Positions 59,501 through 64,000 of a stretch of DNA of 64,000 nt are shown here, piece after piece. The stretch is from the IMG/VR virus record IMGVR_UViG_3300013093_000020. One strand, given 5' to 3'. A program made the position numbers and the translations under genes. Each line of letters opens with the position of its first letter. Position 1 is the stretch's first letter. The notes beneath the pieces are model-generated. The model did not search any database, was not told the DNA's origin, and saw only the letters and a program-made list of their open reading frames with translations. The DNA is from a virus.

Positions 59501-60127
59501 GTATCAGATGGAACAAGTGTAGTAAACACGACTTTTGTACCATCCATTATTCCATCATTTAACACACAACACAATTATGATTCAGTTGAAGTATTTGTAG
59601 GCGGGTATGACGTGACTTCTGAATGGGCATCTGGAGCAAATTATGTTGTTGGTACTATAGTAACTGTGGGTCCTTATCAATATAGATGTATCACAGCACA
59701 TACTAGTTCTACAAATTTTGCATCGGATAGTGCTAATTGGGTATTTTTTATAGGTAACATAAGACTTAAAAAGAATTCTTATGCAGTGTTTAATGTAAAT
59801 CAAGCACCATATAGTCCCGAAGGCGATGTTACCTTCCCAGCAGATTTTACAGTAGACGGAATATCAGCACAGGTCACATTGACTAATTTATTAACTCCGG
59901 GCACAGGAGTAACAGTAATCAAGATGACTGGTGTGGATTTTGACGGTAAGAAAACTGTAAATATACTAAATGATAATGGCGCCGTAGCTCAGTTTATCAA
60001 AGCAACACCGGCGGTATGGTATACTGGAATACAGAATTATGGTTACAAATATGTTTTAAAAGATACATTTGATAACATCTTTGATACTTTTGATGAAACA
60101 AATCTAACTTTCGACCAAGGAAAATAA
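44555..60127 (+). CDS. Giant baseplate wedge/structural protein (gp7-like position), 5190 aa
   Basis: Overlaps the gp6-like stop; cupredoxin-like TITLYKGQTYKF..., CBM5/12-like units, FG-GAP-like propeller, GSGY modules, VKPYRTKIRE, RRGTLGTG. Confidence 0.75.
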   Translation: MADQTNQNGNNFASSTIIPRIYQSDANKKFLTATLDQLMQSGTAKKINGFIGRENAKASTGKDVYVAAVDQTRQNYQLEPGLVIKDTLGNVTFLKDYQDYINQLTVFGSNTSNHARLNKQEMYSWDPHIDWDKFVNFQNYYWLPYGPDVVKISGQQKNIVSTYTVNLVDEGGNYQYVFTPDGLTPNPTITLYKGQTYKFEVNSPGNPFAIKTSRTAGNLDFYNESELITNNGVEVGTLTFSVPEDAPSQLYYLSNNDANAGGLILVLPITDNSSLDVEKDILGKKNYTLPSGISLSNGMKVAFEGTITPSNYSSGTYYVEGVGTSISLVSSDLLEIIKPFTAADPVPFDSGGFDTQPFSDATSYAGTNDYIVINRSSRDQNPWSRFNRWFHKDVITLAAEANGDIPNLDQASRAIRPIIEFEPNIRLYNFGTKALADVDLIDTTTTDVFSYVEGKLGYYIDGIAVANGQRILFTADTDLFVKNKIFQVNYLNIEGSNQIHLTLVDTPLEDNCVLVKQGVSNQGQTYWFDGSVWILAQQKNTVNQQPLFDIVDKNKIKFSDITTYTGSTFAGTKLFSYAVSSTGTTDSALGFPIKYKNIDNIGDIVFNFNLAQDSFTYKLNNTIVSKNVDTGYLIRTSLDGSAEYINGWQITSIPVTQAAIRIYKNSGLVNNFIIDIFDDVNNLDDLIVKIYINGTRLGSENWTIASGTTFKTVVLNTDILTTDVLTIRAFSAQPINDKGYYEIPLNLQNNPLNSNIDTFTLGEVIDHVGSIVDNISGFVGVFPGTSNLRDIANLSTYGTKFVQHSGPLSLGLYHVTNQDTNIIKAIEKSQNDYNIFKRNFITVAENIGIDTDTISLVDLILGKINSTKSNTGPYYFSDMVPYGASIKTDITVLDGRTKTYPLSAVFNLDSLSSKSVLIYQNKNQLIHGRDYTFDNQGFVIITDSVNLQAGDIISIFEYENTDGSFVPETPTKLGIWPAYEPKLYLDTSLINPVMVIQGHDGSQILAYGDYRDNLILELEKRIFNNIKVKYDPTIFDIHDLIPGYTRNTDYTLDEFNEILAPYFYKWATLVDKDFTTPLSFDRNNPLTFNYKGHYAPDGRPVPGYWRGIYRWLFDTDRPNLCPWEMLGFTIEPVWWNSVYGPAPYTSDNLVLWQDIANGVVRDPSAAPYVITKFIRPWLIKHIPVDSQGNILSPYDAGVAQGTITYDTAGDYIFGDVSPVEAAWRRGSYYPFAVLLASLLLQPAKTIGTLLDRSRIVRNLSGQLVYSDTDNRINPGSIELPGLYNSISTTRTAGIINYAINYVLGDSVIKYNSYAYDLSNINTNLTYRIGAFTSKDQFNIILDSRTPLSTSSSVFVPQENYDIVLNSSSPITKINYSGVIVTKLTDGYTVSGYILTNPYFEYYDYQGTGISVNVGGVSHSYLVWHPKQTYAPGNIIQYNGQYYSVLSLHTTIEIFQSQYYSVLGALPVTGGVNAYFKNTWDKSKVIKVPYGTKYSHIQDVVDFLLGYGEYLKDQGFIFDEYNNNLNAISNWETSTKEFMFWTTQNWSTGIDKWQEWSPTQTINYNSIVRYDGDYYQALQTIQPGDATPNTNSHYIKLDGLSTVGSSVISLSPAANKITFNVPLAVVDDITNQFNGYGIYKVDGTEFDFQSLSSFRNGNIVTYTPDNNDGIYGATFYLIQQEQIVIIDNSTMFGDIIYNPETGYRQERLKISSYVTVGWYGGFDVPGFIIDRAQIKNWESYQDYSLGDIVLYQQFYYTANKFLSGSQSFEVTASNGSANWIRLKSKPQPKLIPNWTYKATQFTDFYSLGGDNFDTNQRSVAQHLIGYQKRQYLNDIIQDDVSEFKFYQGMIYEKGTQNVLNKLFDVLSSDNLESLNFYEEWAVRVGQYGSSNAFNEIEFILDESKFITTPQGFELLPSVTQSYKDFIIRLSPKDIYLPPSSYDSNPWPLITNYQSFLRSAGYARLDEVAVTLNSLSDITSQNINNFNEGDYVWCGFENISWNIYRLVRTNIRVSNILYSNSVLTISTTKDLGSIVAGSYIGLKETGIVDINGTYVNSFDGFYQVSSVTNSTMTINVSLPKQPSNPFTGQADIVLFTFLSHRASSIDVLDQVVTPDLKSGELAWTDDNGNGLWSTWQNNPVYDAFEVASPSTSTGLGFGSSVAISQQGNILATTSNSGELIIYTKINSNAPWQIKQGIFIPSGLIAPYTLALSPDSIWLAVGVPSAANGQGTVLLYEQDSNKIFNLKDTVVSPNPTNGENFGSNIQFRQTSPASSNNYKYYTLFVGASGHGSGTGIVYTIDYQQVIQASAIYDPSNSSDGAVTNIIVTNPGQHYSTNPPPTVYITAPTGNVRSQATASATTAIVSATVYSTIDSNGIKLYYGGSGYNLGDKLKINGGVTSGSYAILEVVDVNLDPGSTQYAVGGIKSVVVNSYGNYIAFPSGIVPTTNLTGSGSGAEFLLDTGVISVQITNPGNGYSQPPTIRFLGGGAGAEAYGLIGTAVVLSSVSGIAPGMIISGTGFVSGQKVLQTINSSSTVILSGAPDSTPSGVMNFIIPEWNHAGIGSIIAPSGIGFGASLKSCLSTLVVSAPGSYGIAGKVFVYTNIDSGYTSPSLITNNIQYFGSSIDLSSDAKWLAIGSPYDSDTYLNQGSVNVYNLSNLTTVYQRILSNKAEKNELFGIKLGWMNNNQTLAIYSAGADSVVDETFDGNSTKFDSAFTKFRITILGDGRVDIYDKYNKNYIFSESLANIADIDSSSGTPTYTGRNSAYGSGFTVGTNIVVVGAPSAIVNHVLQGRIFSYSKAPKVLSWKILHTEIAKTDLTKIKRAFIYNRVSNKVVTYLDVIDPLQGKIPGPAEQEITYKTFYDPALYSVSDVTGVNVNPGQAWGKAQVGTLWWDLRTAKFIDSHDDDIIYRTSSWATLFPGASIDIYEWVQTTYTPSQWNALADTIAGLAVNISGQSLYDNNTYCLVKKYDNISKTIKNIYYFWVKNKAVVPKLPNRTIPASGVAQLIGKPETYGYSFLALTGSNSFSLFLNDVKTTVKGTNSVLSVQYWTIDNPKTANIHRQYAIINDNPNTILPSKIEQKWFDSLCGKDQNDNDVPDISLPLKLQYGVEFKPRQSMFVNRIEALKQLIEQVNRYLITYEVVNQRDISPLNSYDTPPVYSGANNTLFVPSGLFDTVIDTDAELVFINVGNFTKPTLQPIIVNGRITGVTIVDPGFGYFQSPYIEVMGTGTGAKIKTVVTNRKITGVEVLSTGAGYDSSTSLILRNYCVLVLNDSQANNTWSICSYDTTSQTWSRIQTQRYDVRNYWSKVDWYASGYNSFTGIDYSVNTFSDLNNLTTNIGQIVKIKNTSQGGWILLEKFASANSADWTQSYKTIAVENGTIQFSSGLYNFSNTVYGFDGALYDGADFDNSASTELRIILNTIKNNILIDDLKQNYLDLFFYSVRYILSEQIEVDWIFKTSFVKAQHNVGALNQPVNYQPDNLPDFQNYIAEVKPYRTKIREYVSDYTYTDPTNSASIDFDLPPMYENGKIVPVQATVQDGQIIVDNVAIDSSDPRYYWKQNAGYKVINLVIVDGGHGYQSEPIVEFVSNSGTGAQARAFIANGSLRNIILTNTDAYGASGNGYLSAPLVVLNGGLIDGGKPARVVAIIGDSPVRSINVGIKFDRTTYGYFITQLTETETFISNGTQLQFPLKWSPNIVLGTNTVTIDGQPALRNTYTLTTVESTSKGYRSYTGLLTFLSNVTKNAVIEITYTKNWNLLNAADRIQYYYNPTSGMPGKDLAQLMTGIDYGGVAVTGIGFDVSYGWDSAPYYSDTWDNSQVSFNDYAVIVGAGNHLITLPYVPPGGTELNIYYKKWYVETHTSTGVETTFTYNIRVQTPQITATLIKPLSSSSFTNIGGSNILTLSDTNGIELNDIVAITPTSANSLLLETYVSNISGNTVTLSVNDPNTGLPTPSVLYNTQNSSNSIAFDTSYVLATATTSAGNTITLNSTPITANYVSGGAYVNGTYTLVLTNVTGTLLVGQTIIGNGYLASQNVQITSVTNTISNGIAGAIITVSGTYHSVPNVAPAQFVFSPLSIGQPVAFNSSFANIVAGTLYYILSITGNTITVSASPFTDPTQATPFVVGAPVITLSSTSSITNLITVNDTSTLRAGTTIIPTITLGGMIQGTPYYVNSVINSTTFNISVQPFSGVVFQLTDTNSQNVTINVGISSQLLRLQLTLENTANIPLGALITGIGFNGISSNTQVVAINNSTNTITLSKNITQNILSGSVVSFSYAIPLNSSATFTRTIPNVIPKFDITGKGVITLSSPLAAGTVVSIASYLNDVRLDDPNYGTNLQTNTNAVMNTVFADSINSTITIPASFTVNDGDEFIVRQSTSDGTVNLQTNDYDTAISGGDLTYGTATGLLADDIILDGDNLISTVNSSAPEEVIPGQVFDTLAIKVFEKPTTATALIRTDNYLADGSTTIFAISQTPNSKAAVIVKTILAGVQTILTSGTDFSVDYRNKQIILTNAPALHTLVSIVSIGFNGANILDIDYFVADGVRAEYVTNVTWRPNVTSIVYVDGVELPYEIFQTDNTYVSPNLIGIRFGKVPSLQSLINFVIVDGVDQTFSIVNKQNIVPDGSTTVFNLNNIVGNSLPAETNMLVRVGQNILTAPTTSYFTLSVGQTVYVLDPNRVAPNSISAQDIVVTIGTITLTPGIDYYLDISGVSVDIFESVLGKYSGKTMVISARTDAGYLYIPPTGIFAPQIKFAVPPSVGAEVEVISYYNHDILNIERSTISATALSALTPNTPAYYKLNGILGGIIPLDRSVIDENYVWVIKNGKLLTPNVDYVLYGGNQNIRLGTPSIVSDQFTIITFGGTIVSNGVAYMQFKDMLNRTVYKRLSLNKQTTLVNDLFPTDLTITVVDASNFDIPNVSSNKPGIIEIRGERIEYFTLNGNVLGQLRRGTLGTGTPAIHKAGSYVQDIGSGSTIPYIDTITTDQTVSDGTSVVNTTFVPSIIPSFNTQHNYDSVEVFVGGYDVTSEWASGANYVVGTIVTVGPYQYRCITAHTSSTNFASDSANWVFFIGNIRLKKNSYAVFNVNQAPYSPEGDVTFPADFTVDGISAQVTLTNLLTPGTGVTVIKMTGVDFDGKKTVNILNDNGAVAQFIKATPAVWYTGIQNYGYKYVLKDTFDNIFDTFDETNLTFDQGK

Positions 60128-60128
60128 A

Positions 60129-62279
60129 ATGTCGCAGCAAATAATAAGTTTAGGAAATACAACCAATGATGGCACCGGGGATAGTCTTAGAACAGGTGCT
60201 CAGAAAATAAATGCTAATTTTAGCGAACTCTATGCGGCATTAACAACAGCTTCGGTCAAAGGAATAGTACAAGGAGCAGGGATTAGTGTAAGTAACACCA
60301 ACGGCGTAGTTACTATAACAAACATAGCTGGAAATAGTGGGTCCTTTAAAAATATTGCTGTACCTGGCCAATCAAATATTTCTGCTGCGTTATTATCTGA
60401 TACATTGAATATCACTAGTGGCGGTAATATTACAGTTACTACTAATACTACATCTAATACATTAAATTTTTCTTTGGCAAATCCTGTAGTAGCTAATTTA
60501 ACAGGTAATGTAGCAGGTAATGTCACAGGAAATTTAACAGGTAATGTAGCAGGTAATGTAGCAGGAAATTTAACAGGTAATGTTACTGCTACTGAAGTAG
60601 ATGTCTCTACTCTTAAAATTACAGGTAACGCTATTACTGCTCAGCAAGCGATGGCAAATTTACAAAGCCAGATTGCTACACTAAATTCACAGTATTCAAC
60701 TTTACAAAGTGAGATAACAGCTGCTCAAAGCACAATAAGTGGATTAGACCCAGTATCACAAGCCGGGCTTATTGCAAATTATTATGCTCAAATAAGCGGA
60801 TGGCAAAACCAAGAAACTAATTTGCAAGGACAAATCCAACTTTTACAGCATCAGTATAATACTATTAGTGCAGGGCTTGCTAGCCCTAATGCAGCAATTA
60901 CCTATGATGCTGCTACATTAAATTTAAATGTTAGTACAGGAATAATTGCTTCTTCATTTACAGGTGCTATTGTTCCCACTGCACCAGTGGTATTTCCAAC
61001 TTATGATCAAACTTCTATAAATGCACTAACTCCATCTTCGGGAGCAGTTTTATATAACAGTTCTACAAGTCAACTTTTAGTATATGCTGCCGGATCGTGG
61101 CAACCACTAGGCGGACATATAAGTGTTGATGCTGGTACATTGATTGGAAACAGATTAGCATCGACTGTAACTAATTCAAATTTGACAACATTGGGAGTTG
61201 TCACCTCGGGAACATGGAGTGCAACACCGATTACAAATAGTTACCTAGCTAATCCAAATGTAACTATCAATGGAACAACTATTGCATTAGGAGCTAGCGG
61301 TAGTATCACAGTACCAGCATCGGCGATTACTGGCAACACTTTACCAACTACCTTAACTAATTCCTCATTAAACACAGTTGGAACATTATCTAGTCTAAAT
61401 GTTGCTACAAACATTAATGCAGCAACCATAAGCCTAACTACAGGATTGAGTATGGGCGGAGTGGCACTTATCGATAATCACGGAAACTGGCTCGGCCCAA
61501 CAGCAGGACTAGTGGGCGGACAAGGCCCACAAGGTGCTACAGGTGCTAAGGGAGATACCGGAGCATCTGGTACAATTACATTAGGGACAGTGACCACTCT
61601 AGCCTCAGGAAGTCAAGTACAAATAACCAATAGCGGCACGCCATCGGCTGCGGTGTTTAATTTTTCAATTCCACAAGGAGCCAAAGGGGATCCCGGCGAC
61701 ACGATCATTGGCCCAGCCGGTACTATTTCAGTTGGCACAGTTACACAAGGTATTCCGGGGTCAACACCATCGGTTACTAATTCTGGAACATCAACTGCTG
61801 CAGTTTTAAATTTTGTCATCCCTCAAGGAAATGTAGGACCAACAGGAACTGGCGTGGTCTACGGAGTTATTACTTTGTGGTATGGTGATGTAAATGCAGT
61901 GCCTGCACATTGGGCATTATGTGATGGTACTAATGGTACACCTGATCTTAGAGACAAATTCATTGTAGGAGCCGGTAGATCCTATAGTGTGGGGGAAACG
62001 GGCGGATCTGCAGATACTACTTTGCCATATCATACGCACTCAATTACTGATCCCGGTCATCACCATGAAGACCCCTACGCAGAAGGTGGAGTACCATTCC
62101 CAGTAGTGCCTAATACTTATGGAGCGGCCGGGTCCTCTGCTACAGACAGTGATCAAAGTAGGTACTATACAGGTATGGCTCTTACGGGAATTACAGCTAC
62201 AGATGCAGCAGGATCGTCGCCTACTGGAGCTAATTTGCCTCCATATAAAGCATTATGCTACATTATGTTTGTAGGATAA
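60129..62279 (+). CDS. Tail fibre: gp9/gp10-like N-terminus, coiled coil, collagen-like segments, tail-collar and HxH tip
   Basis: LGNTTNDGTGDSLRTGAQKINANFSELY; GPQGATGAKGDTG; WALCDGTNGTPDLRDKFIVGAG; HTH...HHH; NLPPY.ALCYIM. Confidence 0.85.
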   Translation: MSQQIISLGNTTNDGTGDSLRTGAQKINANFSELYAALTTASVKGIVQGAGISVSNTNGVVTITNIAGNSGSFKNIAVPGQSNISAALLSDTLNITSGGNITVTTNTTSNTLNFSLANPVVANLTGNVAGNVTGNLTGNVAGNVAGNLTGNVTATEVDVSTLKITGNAITAQQAMANLQSQIATLNSQYSTLQSEITAAQSTISGLDPVSQAGLIANYYAQISGWQNQETNLQGQIQLLQHQYNTISAGLASPNAAITYDAATLNLNVSTGIIASSFTGAIVPTAPVVFPTYDQTSINALTPSSGAVLYNSSTSQLLVYAAGSWQPLGGHISVDAGTLIGNRLASTVTNSNLTTLGVVTSGTWSATPITNSYLANPNVTINGTTIALGASGSITVPASAITGNTLPTTLTNSSLNTVGTLSSLNVATNINAATISLTTGLSMGGVALIDNHGNWLGPTAGLVGGQGPQGATGAKGDTGASGTITLGTVTTLASGSQVQITNSGTPSAAVFNFSIPQGAKGDPGDTIIGPAGTISVGTVTQGIPGSTPSVTNSGTSTAAVLNFVIPQGNVGPTGTGVVYGVITLWYGDVNAVPAHWALCDGTNGTPDLRDKFIVGAGRSYSVGETGGSADTTLPYHTHSITDPGHHHEDPYAEGGVPFPVVPNTYGAAGSSATDSDQSRYYTGMALTGITATDAAGSSPTGANLPPYKALCYIMFVG
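60495..60590 (+). repeat. 12-bp coding tandem repeat (N[L/V][T/A]G, about 8 copies)
   Basis: aatttaacaggt / aatgtagcaggt units. Confidence 0.85.
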
Positions 62280-62301
62280 AACTAGCAGATAATTTGTATA
62301 G

Positions 62302-62308
62302 ATAAATA
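62302..62308 (+). promoter_or_regulatory. Late promoter (ATAAATA)
   Basis: 20 nt upstream of ATG 62329. Confidence 0.65.
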
Positions 62309-62328
62309 TTGAATCAAGAGAGATCATT

Positions 62329-62943
62329 ATGCAAGGTAACGAAAAAACTGGAATTTATATTCGAGGGCATATCAAAATACACGATCCGTCAACAGGCGAA
62401 GTGTTTATTGATAAACCAAACGCAATCCATTACGAAAATATGAGTATAGCTCTCGCTGAAAGTGTTAGCAATAGCGGTAAAGGGATTATTAATCAAATGG
62501 CCTTTGGAAACGGTGGTACTTATGTTGACCCCACTGGTATTATTACATATTTGACCCCGAATACTTCTGGTTCAAATGCTGCTCTTTATAATCAAACCTA
62601 TGCAAAAATAGTTGATCAAACTAACACCCTTAATAATGATCCTACAAGGAATTTTTTAGAAACAAGACATACTACGGGCACAAACTATACAGATATTTTA
62701 GTAACTTGCCTATTAGATTATGGTGAAAATATCACAGGACAAAGTGCATTTGACACTACAAATAATAACAATAGTCCAGCAGTTATTGATGAACTTGGTC
62801 TTGTTTCATATAACTATACTACAAAAACACCGTTACTTTTAACACATGTGGTATTTCATCCTGTGCAAAAAAGTTTAAATCGTCTAATACAGATAGATTA
62901 TACAGTGAGAGTTCAAAGCCTTACTGGCGCAACAGGAGTATAA
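62329..62943 (+). CDS. Virion structural protein (baseplate/fibre attachment), 204 aa
   Basis: GHIKI.D, MAFGNGG, DELGL, LLTHVVFHPVQKSLNR.IQIDYTVR. Confidence 0.7.
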   Translation: MQGNEKTGIYIRGHIKIHDPSTGEVFIDKPNAIHYENMSIALAESVSNSGKGIINQMAFGNGGTYVDPTGIITYLTPNTSGSNAALYNQTYAKIVDQTNTLNNDPTRNFLETRHTTGTNYTDILVTCLLDYGENITGQSAFDTTNNNNSPAVIDELGLVSYNYTTKTPLLLTHVVFHPVQKSLNRLIQIDYTVRVQSLTGATGV

Positions 62944-62946
62944 TAT

Positions 62947-64000
62947 ATGCCATATCAAGTATCGTACACTGAAAATACTAATTCGTCAAAACCTGCAATC
63001 ACAGTTGCAGACCAGACACTGAATACTCAGACTAATCTTACATTTGTTGGAAAAAACTATGCTGGATATGCCCCATACCTGGCAAATGATCTACTACACT
63101 TGTTAGAAAATTTTGCAGCACCACAAGCTCCTGGCGCATCTAATTCAGCTATACCGGGAACACCGGTACAGGGCCAACTATGGTTTGATAATTCACCCGG
63201 GGTTAATTTATTAAAAGTCTTTGACGGAACTACTTGGAGTGCTGCAGGTAGTGTCAAAAAATCTCAAACTGCTCCTGCTGTAGCAAACAGCACAGTTGGC
63301 GATCTTTGGGCAGATACTACAAATAAACAATTATATGTTTTTTCTGGAAGTAATTGGATTTTAGTTGGTCCACAATTTAGCGGTGGGACTAATTCTGGTC
63401 CGCAAACTGAAACTTTATATGATAATGCTAACGGCGCACATAATGTTATTAGTTTGTATTCAAATAATAATAGAATAGCCGTTATTAGTGACAGTGCATT
63501 CACACCTAAGACAACTATTAGTGGATTTAATTCAATCAATCAAGGTATTACCCTTAATGCAACTAATGCCTCTAGTACCACTGCACCGACAAAATTTTGG
63601 GGAACATCTTCAGCGGCAGATAGTTTAAATGTTAACGGTTCAGCCATCTTAGCTTCTAATTTTTTAAGAGGCGATACTACAAGTATTACTAGTTTTCCAA
63701 TAAAGATACAAAGTGATGATGGAGTATTCATTGGCAGCGACGGAACATTGTCAATTACAAATCCAATTGGTAATAATGTCGCCGTAACACTTACAAGCGG
63801 CAAGGGAATTGATTTTAGTTTAAATGCAACACTAGGTGGTCAATCTGAAGGCCAAACTACGGTATTACATATTGATTCTAAAACTAGAGTTGGCATTGGG
63901 CAAAATAATCTTAACCCAACCGCTACATTAGATATCATTGGTAATGTTCAATCCACCGGACCTTTACTAGTTGAAGATACTACAACTTCTTCGGCTATTG
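62947..64000 (+). CDS. Tail fibre protein (N-terminal part; runs off the window edge; absent from the ORF track)
   Basis: ATG 62947, MPYQVSYTEN...LTFVGKNYAGY...LLHLLENFA...PVQGQLWFD...GDLWADT. Confidence 0.8.
   Translation, partial: MPYQVSYTENTNSSKPAITVADQTLNTQTNLTFVGKNYAGYAPYLANDLLHLLENFAAPQAPGASNSAIPGTPVQGQLWFDNSPGVNLLKVFDGTTWSAAGSVKKSQTAPAVANSTVGDLWADTTNKQLYVFSGSNWILVGPQFSGGTNSGPQTETLYDNANGAHNVISLYSNNNRIAVISDSAFTPKTTISGFNSINQGITLNATNASSTTAPTKFWGTSSAADSLNVNGSAILASNFLRGDTTSITSFPIKIQSDDGVFIGSDGTLSITNPIGNNVAVTLTSGKGIDFSLNATLGGQSEGQTTVLHIDSKTRVGIGQNNLNPTATLDIIGNVQSTGPLLVEDTTTSSAI

Noticed and set aside
44555-60127. Stop-codon reassignment or intein explaining the giant ORFs
   Set aside because: The ORFs are open in the standard code with TAA, TAG and TGA all used as stops, and no intein-like (C...HN) or LAGLIDADG motifs were noticed
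60495-60590. CRISPR-like or DGR repeat
   Set aside because: In-frame 12-bp coding repeat with no spacers; no reverse transcriptase, cas gene or TR/VR pair seen in the window
2053-63803. The many 60-170 aa ORFs antisense to or out of frame within large genes
   Set aside because: Shadow ORFs produced by codon bias of Thr/Val/Gly-rich genes, fully contained in well-supported CDSs

Overview
This 64 kb window is the virion-morphogenesis and late-gene region of a large T4-related myovirus, probably an uncultured environmental lineage (standard genetic code). From left to right on the minus strand it carries two tandem giant adhesin/fibre genes with CBM5/12-like repeats (the first is truncated by the window edge), a cluster of small and medium virion/fibre genes, and the head module: major capsid gp23, scaffold gp22, protease gp21, an acidic core protein and portal gp20. 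A tape-measure-like gene lies directly upstream of portal. Next come a divergent gp26-like baseplate-hub chaperone, an M15-type peptidase, a minimal GIY-YIG nuclease, gp46/gp47 (Rad50/Mre11) and a gp55-like late sigma factor. The plus strand then holds the baseplate operon (gp48/54-like, gp53, hub, gp5, gp25, gp6, a 5190-aa gp7-like protein) and tail fibres. The most notable non-annotated signals are: (1) a ~390-nt densely base-paired, pseudoknot-capable non-coding segment directly after the catalytic-domain-only GIY-YIG gene, followed by a cluster of GNA-triloop DNA hairpins; (2) a T-TTT-TTC -1 frameshift site that would fuse the gp26-like ORF to an ATG-less 77-codon extension; (3) two structured late 5' leaders, one a cloverleaf-like four-way junction; (4) about 12 NTAAATA-type late promoters and one perfect TTGACA-17-TATAAT promoter driving the sigma/recombination operon; (5) nested domain insertions in the giant virion proteins. 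All family assignments come from motif recognition by eye, not database searches.
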